17,388 nt of DNA from an uncultured Myxococcales bacterium (GTDB lineage: Bacteria > Myxococcota_A > Polyangia > JAHFDS01). The notes below the pieces were generated by a model that ran no database searches, was not told the origin of the DNA, and saw nothing but the letters and a program-made list of their open reading frames with translations. Each line of letters begins with the position of its first letter. Position 1 is the stretch's first letter. Of the stretch, positions 1-8,469 are shown piece by piece. Location of the stretch: positions 1 to 17,388 of the forward strand of contig CAZQJC010000017.1 in NCBI GenBank assembly GCA_964593795.1. Direction: 5' to 3'. The translations under genes were made by a program, and so were the position numbers.

Positions 1-86
1 TCGGGCTTCAGGCCTCGGGCTTCAGGCTCCGGATCCGGGTCAGAGACCCGAAGCCTGAAGCCTGGAGCCTGAAGCCTCTTCGCATG
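1..86. repeat. Composite GC-rich palindrome. Two direct copies of GGCTTCAGGC (4-13, 18-27) face two inverted copies GCCTGAAGCC (53-62, 67-76). They flank the nested perfect palindromes CCGGATCCGG (29-38) and GGGTCagaGACCC (36-48). The element may be cut by the window edge.
   Basis: Read directly: rc(GGCTTCAGGC)=GCCTGAAGCC is present twice on each side of a palindromic core. It lies about 200-280 nt downstream (minus strand) of the ftcD stop, so it could be the operon terminator or a REP-like element. Confidence 0.6.
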
Positions 87-182
87 ACAGCTCGCAAGTC
101 CGCGTTGCAGCACACGGTTCAACATGATCGGTGCTCTAGGAGCTGCCCGGCCGGCTCGCGACCGGCCGGCTCCGGACCCCGG

Positions 183-222
<40 letters not shown>

Positions 223-277
223 TTTCCCGACGGCTCTTGAGCTGTGTTTCCCCCCACCGAGCCACGAGCGAGGGCGG

Positions 278-2095
278 TCAGCCGATGAGCGCTCTCACCT
301 TCGTCATGGTCTCGTCGCACGCCGAGCGCGCCGAGGCCTCGAGCGCTGCGCAGCGGGCGCGCATGTCGGCCACGTAGGCCGCGTCGTCGATCTGCCGCAG
401 GTTGATGAGGACGTTGAGCGCGCCGCCGACGACACCGGCGAGGCCCATCTGCGCGCCGACGCCCGCGTCCGAGGCGCTCGCCGGGTTGCCGAGCGCGGCG
501 GCGCTCCGGCACAGCTCGATCGCGCGCAGCGACGCCTCCGCCGTGCCGAACGGCACGCGCACCGCCTCCTTGAGCCCCGCCTGCATCGCCGCCTTGCGCG
601 CGGCCTGCTCCGCCGGCGTGGCCTTCGGCAGCCGCATCGCCGCCATGTAGCCCGCGAAGGCGTCCGTGTCGGCGTCGACCGCCACGAGGAGCGCGTCCTT
701 GATGCGCTGGCCCTCGTCGGCGAGGGCGCAGAGCTCCGCCTCCTTGGCCGCGTCCTTGGGCTTTCCGATGACGAGGTTCGCCACCATCGTGGCGAGCGCC
801 GCGCCGAGCGCGCCCGCGAGCGCCGCCACCGAGCCGCCGCCCGGCGCCGGCGAGTCGCGCGAGACCTCGTGCACGAGCTCGTCGGTGCGCTTCGACACGA
901 GCGCACCGGGCCTCGGGACGCCGATGACCTTGTCCGCGATGGAGAACGGCGCCACGTCGCCGAGGCCCATCGATTGCGCCGCCGTGCGCAGGAGGTCCTC
1001 GGCCGGGACGCCCGTCGAGCGGCCCTGCTGCGCGAGGTAGAAGCGGCCCGCGGCGCGCATCGCGCCAAAGGGAATCAGGCCGACCACCTCGCTGCCCGTC
1101 ACGACGAGCCCGCGCTCGGCGGCCAGGCGGCGCGCCTCCTCGAGCACGACGTGCGGAGGCGTCACGTTCCAGTCGGTGAGGTTGATCGAGATCTGCGCGC
1201 GGTCGTACTGCGGGACCTCCCAGCCGATCGCGCGACAGTGCGGGAACTTGCCTGGCTTGAGCGCCGACTGCCCCTCGAGCCGCGCGGGATCCTGGTCGTG
1301 CAGGCGCGCGAGCGCGCGGTAGTCGTAGCCGTGCGCGTGCTCGGTGTGCGCGAAGAGCTCGTCCGCGGTGCCGAAGGTCGCGTCGCAGCTCCCGCAGGAG
1401 AAGCGCCCCGGCGCCTGCTTGACGAGCTCGCCCTTGTAGTAGAAGGGGCGCGTGGCGCCGCGACGCGCCGAGCGGCCCTTCTCGCGCAGCTCGAACGCGA
1501 TGTCGGTCGCGTGGTCCTTGGCGCGCGAGTTGAGGTTCACGTTGTAGGCGATGAGGAACTCGCGGGCGCCGATGACCGTCGCGCCGCTCCTCGCGTTGTG
1601 CGTGGCGGGACCGAAGTCGGGGCGCCACGCGGGATCGGCGAGCTTGGCGGCCAGGCCCTCGTATTCGCCTCGGCGGATGTTTGCCAGGCTGCGCCGCTCC
1701 GGGGACGCTGCGGCCGCCTCGTAGAGGTAGACGGGGATCGCCAGCTCGTCGCCGACGCGCCGGCCGAGCTTGCGCGCGAGCGCGGCGCAGTCCTCCATCG
1801 TGACGCCCTCGACGGGGACGAAGGGGCACACGTCGGTCGCGCCCATGCGGGGGTGCGCGCCCGAGTGCCGCGCCATGTCGATGCGCTCGGCCGCCTTGGC
1901 GATGCCGCGGAAGGCCGCCTCGAGCACCGCCTCGGGCGTACCGAAGAACGTGACGACGACCCGGTTCGTGTCGGAGCCGGGGTCCACATCGCGCAGGTCG
2001 ATCCCGTCGACCGCGCGGATGGCCCCGCAGATGTCCTCGATGACGGCCTTGTCACGGCCCTCGGAGAAGTTCGGCACGCACTCGACGAGCTTCAT
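278..2095 (-). CDS. ftcD: Bifunctional glutamate formimidoyltransferase / formimidoyltetrahydrofolate cyclodeaminase (FTCD-like), 605 aa. It carries an insertion of about 80 aa with a C2H2-like motif.
   Basis: The true start is ATG at 2095, giving [15 protein letters not shown], the canonical formiminotransferase N-terminus. HPRMGATDVCPF and GEYE...DFGP follow. The C-terminal half has SPAPGGGSVAALAGALGAALATMV...DADTDAF...MRLPK, the cyclodeaminase signature. Stop is TGA at 278-280. The 871-aa ORF in the track continues upstream only as an out-of-frame shadow across alaX. Confidence 0.85.
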   Translation of the reverse strand: MKLVECVPNFSEGRDKAVIEDICGAIRAVDGIDLRDVDPGSDTNRVVVTFFGTPEAVLEAAFRGIAKAAERIDMARHSGAHPRMGATDVCPFVPVEGVTMEDCAALARKLGRRVGDELAIPVYLYEAAAASPERRSLANIRRGEYEGLAAKLADPAWRPDFGPATHNARSGATVIGAREFLIAYNVNLNSRAKDHATDIAFELREKGRSARRGATRPFYYKGELVKQAPGRFSCGSCDATFGTADELFAHTEHAHGYDYRALARLHDQDPARLEGQSALKPGKFPHCRAIGWEVPQYDRAQISINLTDWNVTPPHVVLEEARRLAAERGLVVTGSEVVGLIPFGAMRAAGRFYLAQQGRSTGVPAEDLLRTAAQSMGLGDVAPFSIADKVIGVPRPGALVSKRTDELVHEVSRDSPAPGGGSVAALAGALGAALATMVANLVIGKPKDAAKEAELCALADEGQRIKDALLVAVDADTDAFAGYMAAMRLPKATPAEQAARKAAMQAGLKEAVRVPFGTAEASLRAIELCRSAAALGNPASASDAGVGAQMGLAGVVGGALNVLINLRQIDDAAYVADMRARCAALEASARSACDETMTKVRALIG

Positions 2096-3276
2096 GGCGC
2101 GGGAAGATACCTCGCGACGGCTTCCCAGGGGGTCGCGGCGGGCAGGGTCACCTCGGCGCGATCGGGGCGGCCGCCGCCCTTGCCCCCGAGGGCCTGCGCG
2201 ATTGCGCGCGCGAGCGTCCCGCAGTCCGCGGTGGCGCCGGGGCCGCGGCCGAGCAGGACCCTGAGCGCGTCGCCGCCGCGCCCACCGAGCATGAACAGCA
2301 TGCCCGCGCGGCCCTCGAGCCGGCGCGCCACGACCCGCAGCGTCTCCACGTCGGCGCCGTCGATGCATTCGCATATGCGCATTCGTTCGGGATCCGCGAG
2401 CGCGGCCTCCGCCACGGCGTCCGCCACGCGCGCGCGCAGCAGGCCCGCCGCCTCGCGCGCCGCGCCGAGCTCCACGCGCAGCCGCTCGATCGCAGAGGGC
2501 ACGTCGCGCGGCCCGCAGGTCAGCGCGCGGGCGAGCCCCGCGAGCACCTCGGCGTCGCCCGACAGCGCAGCCCGGGCGCGGGGACCGGCCTCGAACGACA
2601 CGCGCCGCTTGCCCTTGTAGCGCTCGGTGCCGGTGACGCGCAAAAGGCCGATCTGCGCCGAGCGCGTGCAGTGCGTGCCGCCGCAGGGCGACAGATCGAA
2701 GTCGCCGATGCGCACCACCCGGATGCCGGCATCGACCTTGGGCGCCCGCCGCAGCCGCAACCCCGCGAGCACCTCGGGCGTCGGGAAGAACGCCTCGACC
2801 AGCACGTCGTCGTCGACGATCTCGTTGGCGAGCGCCTCGGCGCGGGCGACGAGCGCGTCGGGGACATCGTCGCGATCGAGGTCGATCGTGCACGCCGTCT
2901 CGCCGAGGCGAGACGACACCGTCGCCGCGCCCGCCGCCTCCACGAGCGCCGCCGACAGGAGGTGCTGCCCGGTGTGGAGCGCCATGTTCGCGCGCCGCCG
3001 CGGCCCGTCCACCGTGCCCGCGAGCCGCGCGCCCACGGCCGGCGGGGGCCCCTCCACGCGGTGGTGGATGACGCCTGCGTCGTCGATCTGCACGTCGAGC
3101 ACCGCCATGCCACCGAGCGTGCCGCGGTCCGCCGTCTGCCCGCCCGACTCGGGGTAGAGCGCGGTCGCGGCGAGGACCACCGACGCCCAGTCGCCGTACC
3201 GCCCGTGCGCGATCACCTCGGCCTCGAAGGCGCGCGCGAACGGGTCGTCCCAGTAGAGCTTGCGCGTCGCGGTCAT
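2092..3276 (-). CDS. alaX: AlaX-L type alanyl-tRNA editing protein (standalone AlaRS editing domain with a DHHA1-like C-terminus), 394 aa.
   Basis: Starts [21 protein letters not shown]. It has the zinc motifs HTGQHLL (HxxxH) and SPCGGTHC (CxxxH), plus a Gly-rich [10 protein letters not shown]-terminal domain. The stop TGA at 2092-2094 overlaps the ftcD ATG at 2093-2095 (ATGA). Confidence 0.8.
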   Translation of the reverse strand: MTATRKLYWDDPFARAFEAEVIAHGRYGDWASVVLAATALYPESGGQTADRGTLGGMAVLDVQIDDAGVIHHRVEGPPPAVGARLAGTVDGPRRRANMALHTGQHLLSAALVEAAGAATVSSRLGETACTIDLDRDDVPDALVARAEALANEIVDDDVLVEAFFPTPEVLAGLRLRRAPKVDAGIRVVRIGDFDLSPCGGTHCTRSAQIGLLRVTGTERYKGKRRVSFEAGPRARAALSGDAEVLAGLARALTCGPRDVPSAIERLRVELGAAREAAGLLRARVADAVAEAALADPERMRICECIDGADVETLRVVARRLEGRAGMLFMLGGRGGDALRVLLGRGPGATADCGTLARAIAQALGGKGGGRPDRAEVTLPAATPWEAVARYLPAP

Positions 3277-3968
3277 GGCACGAGCCGGTAGCCCTGCCCG
3301 TATACGGTCAGGATGTGCCGGGGCTCCTTGTGGTTCTTCTCGATCTTGCGGCGCAGCTTCACGATGAAGTTGTCGACGGTGCGGTTGTTCGGTCCGGGTC
3401 GGTGGAGCCCCCAGATCTTCTCGAGGATCTCGTCCCTGGGCACGGGCTCGCCCTGCCGCTCGGCCAGGAGCTTGAGCAGCTCGTTCTCGTAGAAGGACAG
3501 CGCCTCGGTCTTGCGCGCCCGCGTCACGGTCTGCTTTCGCAGATCGATCGTCGCCTCCCCGATGCGCAGGACCTCCGTGAAGGTCGCGCTGCGCTCGAGG
3601 CGGCGGAAGATCGCGCCGATGCGCGCGAGGAGCTCGGCCACGGAGAAGGGCTTGGTCACGTAGTCGTCCGCGCCGACCTCGAACCCTCGCACCTTGTCGC
3701 TCTCCTGGCCACGCGCCGTCAGCATGACGATGGGCACGAGCGCGTTGTCGCGGCGGACCTCGGAGCACACCTGATAGCCGTTCATGTCGGGCAGCATGAG
3801 ATCGAGCAGGATGCAGTCCGGCTGCTCGCTCCGCGCGAGCGCGACCCCCTCCGCGCCGGTCGACGCCGACCGGACCTCGAAGCCCTCGAACCCGAGGGCG
3901 TCGCCGAGGCCCCGGACGATGTCCGGCTCATCCTCGATGAGGAGTAGCTTCTTCCGCGACGTAGACAT
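3273..3968 (-). CDS. OmpR/PhoB-family response regulator (receiver domain plus winged-helix DNA-binding domain), 231 aa.
   Basis: [18 protein letters not shown]...[12 protein letters not shown]...VTKPF is the receiver domain. The C-terminus reads ...[15 protein letters not shown]...[11 protein letters not shown], a winged helix. The preferred start is ATG at 3968, with GAGGAA 7 nt upstream. An in-frame GTG at 3986 is an alternative. The stop TGA at 3273-3275 overlaps the alaX ATG (ATGA). Confidence 0.85.
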   Translation of the reverse strand: MSTSRKKLLLIEDEPDIVRGLGDALGFEGFEVRSASTGAEGVALARSEQPDCILLDLMLPDMNGYQVCSEVRRDNALVPIVMLTARGQESDKVRGFEVGADDYVTKPFSVAELLARIGAIFRRLERSATFTEVLRIGEATIDLRKQTVTRARKTEALSFYENELLKLLAERQGEPVPRDEILEKIWGLHRPGPNNRTVDNFIVKLRRKIEKNHKEPRHILTVYGQGYRLVP

Positions 3969-5577
3969 GCTCGGTTTCCTCGTCACCCCTTAGCACGGGC
4001 AGGCGGATCGTGAACGTCGCTCCCTCGCCCGGCGTGCTGTCGATCTCGGCGGAGCCGCCGTGCGCCTCCGCGATGTGGAGCACGAGGGCGAGGCCGATGC
4101 CGCTGCCGCGCACCGGCTTGGTGCGCTGCGCCTTGCCCCGGTAGAAGCGCTCCCAGACCTTGTGCTGCTCGTCGTGCGAGATGCCCGGGCCGCGGTCGGC
4201 CACCGAGAGCAGGACATCCCCACCGGCGGCCGCCACGCGCACCGTGATGGCGGTGCCCTCGCCGTACTTGAGCGCATTCTCGAGGAGGTTGAGGAGCGCG
4301 AGGGTCAGGGCGTTCTCGTCCATGCGCACGCGTGGCAGGTCGTGCTCGATGTGCGTCTCGAGCGGCACCTTCTCGCGCTCGAGCCGGTGCCGGTAGAGGT
4401 CGAGCGCGCGCTCGACCACCTCGGAGACGTCCCCGGGCGCGAACTCGTAGGCGACCTTGCCGCGCTCGATGCGCGCGAAGTCGAGCACGTTGTCGATGAG
4501 GCGCGCGAGGCGATCGCTCTCGCGGGTGATGATCTCGGCGTACTCGGCGGTCTTCTCGCTCGACTTGACCTTGCCCATCGCGACGAGCTCCGCGAACATG
4601 CGGATGAGCGACAGCGGCGTCTTGAGCTCGTGCGAGACGTTCGCGATGAACTCGCTCTTCAAGGCATTGGCGCGGCGCTCCTTGCGCACGGCGAGGAGCA
4701 GCACGACGATGCCGACCGTCATGACGACGAGGCTCACCGAGACGGTCGTGATGTCGAGCAGGCTCCGGATGCGCGCGCGCTCGAGCAGGCCCTCGATGTC
4801 GCGCGGCGCCATCTGCACGCGCCACTGCCAGAGCGTGGTGGGGAAGTGGCGCTCGTAGAGATAGCCGCGCGCCGTCGCCGCGAGGTTGGCCTCGCCGAAG
4901 ATCAGCTTGCCCTGGTTCGACACCACGGCGAAGCGATGCGCGCGGCCGAGCTCGCGGAACTCGCTCGGCAGCACGTGGTCGAGCACGTAGTCCACCGACA
5001 CCTTGAGCACGATGTAGAAGTGGCGGCCGCTCGGTGACTGGCGGTGCGTGTACGAGATCAGGAACGACTCGCCGTCGAGGCGCTGGTGCCAGTGCATGTG
5101 CCCCGAGAGCGCCAGGCGATCGAGCTGCAGCTCCGGCAGGAGCTTGCCCTCGAGCTTGCTCCGGAACGTCTCGCGCTCGCGGCGCGTGCGGGCGCGAGAC
5201 GCGAACTTGAGGATGTTGGTCGGCGTGTCGAGCACGGCCACGGCCTCGACCACCTGCGAGGTGCGGACGTTCTCCTCCCAGCGCTTCTCGAAGCCCTCGA
5301 GGTGATCGAGATCGACGAGCTCGAAGAGCGTGTGATCGGCGACGAGGATGTCCTTCTCGACCGCGCGGATGACCTGGTCGGTGACGTCGCGGTTGGCGGC
5401 GACGACGCTCGCCTCGACCTGGCTCGCGAGGCCCTGCGCCGCGCGGTAGCTGTAGCGGCCGAGCAGGAGCGCGCTCGCGAAGATCGCGGCGATCGTGGCG
5501 CCGAACGCGAGCTGGCTCCAGCTCGGCCAGCGACGCGCGAGCCCGCGAGGGAGGCGGCGACGAAAGCCCTCGACCAC
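3928..5577 (-). CDS. Membrane sensor histidine kinase, 549 aa. Layout: TM1, a periplasmic domain of about 230 aa, TM2, then HisKA and HATPase_c.
   Basis: Hydrophobic segments [18 protein letters not shown] and [23 protein letters not shown]-box SHELKTPL, N-box [12 protein letters not shown], and G-boxes DRGPGI and [12 protein letters not shown] start at 5577, with an in-frame stop 3 codons upstream. The 3' end overlaps the response-regulator start by 41 nt. Confidence 0.8.
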   Translation of the reverse strand: MVEGFRRRLPRGLARRWPSWSQLAFGATIAAIFASALLLGRYSYRAAQGLASQVEASVVAANRDVTDQVIRAVEKDILVADHTLFELVDLDHLEGFEKRWEENVRTSQVVEAVAVLDTPTNILKFASRARTRRERETFRSKLEGKLLPELQLDRLALSGHMHWHQRLDGESFLISYTHRQSPSGRHFYIVLKVSVDYVLDHVLPSEFRELGRAHRFAVVSNQGKLIFGEANLAATARGYLYERHFPTTLWQWRVQMAPRDIEGLLERARIRSLLDITTVSVSLVVMTVGIVVLLLAVRKERRANALKSEFIANVSHELKTPLSLIRMFAELVAMGKVKSSEKTAEYAEIITRESDRLARLIDNVLDFARIERGKVAYEFAPGDVSEVVERALDLYRHRLEREKVPLETHIEHDLPRVRMDENALTLALLNLLENALKYGEGTAITVRVAAAGGDVLLSVADRGPGISHDEQHKVWERFYRGKAQRTKPVRGSGIGLALVLHIAEAHGGSAEIDSTPGEGATFTIRLPVLRGDEETEHVYVAEEATPHRG

Positions 5578-5604
5578 GACCGGTCAATGTAGCAGGCTTC
5601 GGCG

Positions 5605-6903
5605 GTGCTTCACCCCGCGCCTGTCCGAATCCTGCGCGCCGGCGAGCCCGAGGCAGACGCCCGCATCGACGCCCTTTGCCGGCGCGGTGTGGCCGCCGAC
5701 GCCACGGTGGCCGACCGTGTCCGCGCCATCCTCGGCGACGTGCGAGCGCGCGGTGACGCCGCGGTGCGCGAGCTGACGCAGCGCTTCGAGGGGCGCGACC
5801 CGGCGCCGATCGAGCTCGCCCGGGCCGACGTCGCTGCGCTGGCCGCGCGCACCGCGCCGGCCGTGCGCGCCTCCCTCGAGCGGGCCGCCGCGCGCATCCG
5901 CGCGTTCCACGAGCGCCAGCGCGAGGCCGGCTTCGAGTACGCCGAGGGAGGCTGCCGGCTCGGCGTGCGCGTGACGCCGCTCGCACGCGTGGCCGTCTAC
6001 GCCCCGGGCGGCACGGCGCGCTACCCCTCGAGCGTGCTCATGACGGCGATCCCCGCGGTCGTCGCGGGCGTGCGTGAGATCGTGCTCCTGACGCCCGGGC
6101 CCGCGCCCGAGACGATGTGCGCGGCGGAGATCGCGGGCGTCCACCGCGTGATGCAGATCGGCGGCGCGCAGGCGATCGGCGCCGCGGCCTTCGGTACGGA
6201 ATCCGTACCACGGGTGGACAAGATCGTCGGACCCGGCAACGCGTACGTGGCCGAGGCCAAGCGCCAGGTCTTCGGCGACGTCGCCATCGATGCGGTGGCC
6301 GGGCCGAGCGAGGTGCTGCTCGTCGCGGACGACTCCGCGCGGGCGGACGTGCTCGCGGCGGACCTGCTCGCGCAGGCCGAGCACGGGGCCGACTCGTTCG
6401 CCGTCCTCGTGACGACCGACGCGGCGCTCGCCGAGGCCGTCCTGCGTGAGCTGTCCGCGCAGCTCGCCGAGCTGCCTCGCCGGGAGCTCGCCGCGCGGGC
6501 CCTCTCCGACCACGGCGCGCTCGTCGTCGTCCGCGACCTCGATGCCGCGCTCGCGCTGGCCGATCGCTTCGCGCCCGAGCACCTGGGTCTGCACGTGCGG
6601 GCCGCGGCCGCGGTGGCCGCGCGCCTTTCGAACGCGGGCGCCATCTTCGTCGGCGACCACAGCCCCGAGGCCGCGGGGGACTACCTCGCCGGCCCGAACC
6701 ACGTCCTGCCCACCGCGGGCACCGCGCGCTTCGCCTCGCCCCTCGGCGTGTGGGACTTCATCAAGCGGACGAGCCTCATCGAGTACGACGAGGCCACGCT
6801 CGCGGACCAGGCCGACGACATCACGCGGCTCGCGCGCGCCGAGGGCCTCGAGGCGCACGCCCGCTCGATTGAGATCCGCCGGCGAGGTAGAAAGGGAGCA
6901 TGA
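5605..6903 (+). CDS. hisD: Histidinol dehydrogenase, 432 aa.
   Basis: [61 protein letters not shown]...AEHGADS...APEHL...[13 protein letters not shown] aligns motif for motif with E. coli HisD. GTG start at 5605, only 27 bp from the divergent kinase start. Confidence 0.9.
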   Translation: MLHPAPVRILRAGEPEADARIDALCRRGVAADATVADRVRAILGDVRARGDAAVRELTQRFEGRDPAPIELARADVAALAARTAPAVRASLERAAARIRAFHERQREAGFEYAEGGCRLGVRVTPLARVAVYAPGGTARYPSSVLMTAIPAVVAGVREIVLLTPGPAPETMCAAEIAGVHRVMQIGGAQAIGAAAFGTESVPRVDKIVGPGNAYVAEAKRQVFGDVAIDAVAGPSEVLLVADDSARADVLAADLLAQAEHGADSFAVLVTTDAALAEAVLRELSAQLAELPRRELAARALSDHGALVVVRDLDAALALADRFAPEHLGLHVRAAAAVAARLSNAGAIFVGDHSPEAAGDYLAGPNHVLPTAGTARFASPLGVWDFIKRTSLIEYDEATLADQADDITRLARAEGLEAHARSIEIRRRGRKGA

Positions 6904-7487
6904 GCCAGGACGAAAAGCCCGGCGCCGAGGAGCCCAAGGGGTTCGTCGTGCGCGATCGCCGCTTCTGGAACCGCGAGGGCGACGAGGGCGCCTCGCCGAG
7001 CCAGCCGACCTACATCGAGCAGCTCCAGCAGGCGCTGCGCGACAAGGACGACAAGCTCCGCTCGGTCGCGGCGCGCGTGGCCGCCATCGAGAGCGAGTAC
7101 GACGAGGCCCGCGCCCGCATGCGCAAGGAGCTCGGCGTCGAGGTCGAGCGCGCGCGGCGCTCGCTGCTCTCCGAGCTGCTCGAGGTCGTGGACAACCTCG
7201 ACCGCTCGATCGGCGCCGCGCGCGGCTCCGAGCACTTCGACGCCCTGCGAAAGGGCATCGAGCTCGTGCGCGGCCAGTTCCTCGCGACACTCGGCAACCT
7301 TGGCGTGCAGCCGTTCGCCTCCGTGGGCGAGCCCTTCGATCCCTCACGCCACAGCGCCGCCTCCGCCGTGCCCGTCACCGACCACGCCCAGGACGGGCGC
7401 GTGATCGGCGTGATCAAGGAGGGCTACCGCATCGGGGAAGAGGTGCTGCGGCCGGCCACGGTGGCGGTGGGCAAGCTCTCGAGCTGA
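6900..7487 (+). CDS. grpE: Nucleotide exchange factor GrpE, 195 aa.
   Basis: Acidic N-terminal tail, then a coiled-coil region ...LQQALRDKDDKLRSVAARVAAIESEYDEARARMRKE...LLEVVDNLDRS..., then a C-terminal beta domain ...VQPFASVGEPFDPSRH.AASAVPV...VIGVIKEGYRIGEEVLRPATV. AAGGGAG sits 6 nt upstream. The ATG at 6900 overlaps the hisD TGA (ATGA). Confidence 0.85.
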   Translation: MSQDEKPGAEEPKGFVVRDRRFWNREGDEGASPSQPTYIEQLQQALRDKDDKLRSVAARVAAIESEYDEARARMRKELGVEVERARRSLLSELLEVVDNLDRSIGAARGSEHFDALRKGIELVRGQFLATLGNLGVQPFASVGEPFDPSRHSAASAVPVTDHAQDGRVIGVIKEGYRIGEEVLRPATVAVGKLSS

Positions 7488-7492
7488 TTCGG

Positions 7493-7617
7493 GAGAAGGC
7501 CAACAAGGAACAGGCAACAGGCAACAGATCAGCACGGAACAAGGAGTGATCGGAGCCTTCGCCGTTCCGCACTCCGTGTTGCCTGTTGTTCTATTGCTCT
7601 GTTCCTTGTTCCTCCGG
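7493..7617. terminator. Long imperfect palindrome (a putative bidirectional terminator or structured element) between convergent grpE and pspA. It is built from GCAACAG/GGAACAG heptamer-like units.
   Basis: AACAAGGAACAGGCAACAGGCAACAG (about 7502-7527) pairs with CTGTTGCCTGTTG...CTGTTCCTTGTT (about 7577-7612). The arms share perfect 12-13 bp blocks, and an inner stem CACGGA...TCCGTG is present. The region is markedly less GC-rich than its surroundings. Confidence 0.55.
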
Positions 7618-7622
7618 GTCCG

Positions 7623-8387
7623 TCACTTCTTGACGTCCTCGGCCTCGACGACCTCGTCGTGAGCCGTGAGCTGCGCGGGCGCCTTGGTGCTGCCGGGCCC
7701 GAGCAGGCCCATGCGCTGCTTGAGGGCCGCGAGCGCGTCGTCGTCGCCGGCCTTCGCGCCCTCGAGCTGCTTGAACTTCGAGTCGAGCGAGTCGCCCGCG
7801 CCGATCTGCCCCGCCACCTGCCCCATCTCGGTCTCGGCCTCCGCCTCGGCCTCGATCTGATCGACCTTGTCGGACATGCGCGAGAACGTGTCGACCGCGC
7901 TCGTGTCGGACAGGCCCTGCATCGTCGCCTGGATCGCGCGCTGCGCCTCGGCGCGCTTCTGCCGCGCGACGAGGATGTTCTTCTTGCGCTTGGCTTCCTC
8001 GATCTTGTCGTTGAGCAGCCGGAGCTGCTCCTTGAGCTTGTCGACGGCGGCCTTCTGCATCTGCCACTGCTGCTCGTACTGCGCGAGGATCGTGTTGTGC
8101 TCCGCCTGACGGCCGAGCGCCTGGCGCGCGAGATCGTCCTCGCCGGCCTTGACCGCGAGGATGGCCTTCCGCTCCCACTCGTCGGCCTTCTTCTTCTCGT
8201 CGTCAGCCTGCTTGCGCAGCTTCTTCTCGTCGGCGATCGCGACGGCCACCTGCTTCTTGGCCTCGACGAGCTGGTTCTGCATGTCGATCAGAACCTGATT
8301 GAGCATCTTCTCGGGATCTTCGGCCTTCGAGATGAGGTCGTTCAGGTTCGATTTGATGAGCGTCCCGAGGCGCGAAAAGATTCCCAT
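7623..8387 (-). CDS. pspA: PspA/IM30 (phage shock protein A / Vipp1) family protein, 254 aa.
   Basis: MGIFSRLGTLIKSNLNDLISKAEDPEKMLNQVLIDMQNQL is the hallmark N-terminus, followed by a long heptad-rich coiled coil. ATG at 8387 with GGGAGAG 8 nt upstream. The longer 314-aa ORF in the track is an upstream shadow extension. Confidence 0.85.
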   Translation of the reverse strand: MGIFSRLGTLIKSNLNDLISKAEDPEKMLNQVLIDMQNQLVEAKKQVAVAIADEKKLRKQADDEKKKADEWERKAILAVKAGEDDLARQALGRQAEHNTILAQYEQQWQMQKAAVDKLKEQLRLLNDKIEEAKRKKNILVARQKRAEAQRAIQATMQGLSDTSAVDTFSRMSDKVDQIEAEAEAETEMGQVAGQIGAGDSLDSKFKQLEGAKAGDDDALAALKQRMGLLGPGSTKAPAQLTAHDEVVEAEDVKK

Positions 8388-8469
8388 GGCGGCTGTCTCT
8401 CCCGATCCTCCCAGTGTAGCCGATCTTGCCCGCGTCGCTCGACCCGGCCTTTGACCCCGGCGGCCGGGC

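Noticed and set aside
2096-2893. The 5' 266 codons of the 871-aa minus ORF 278..2893.
   Set aside because: It is an out-of-frame, Arg-rich shadow running through alaX. The real ftcD begins at the internal ATG (2095), which yields the canonical [14 protein letters not shown]-terminus.
3983-5986. 667-aa minus ORF that is extremely Arg/Ala/Gly-rich.
   Set aside because: It is an alternative-frame shadow of the histidine kinase gene with the composition of a high-GC wrong frame. The same applies to 869..2620(+), 5584..7347(-), 8203..9468(-), 10048..10887(-), 10403..11680(-), 11086..13518(+), 13052..14074(-), 14580..15881(+) and 15037..15705(-).
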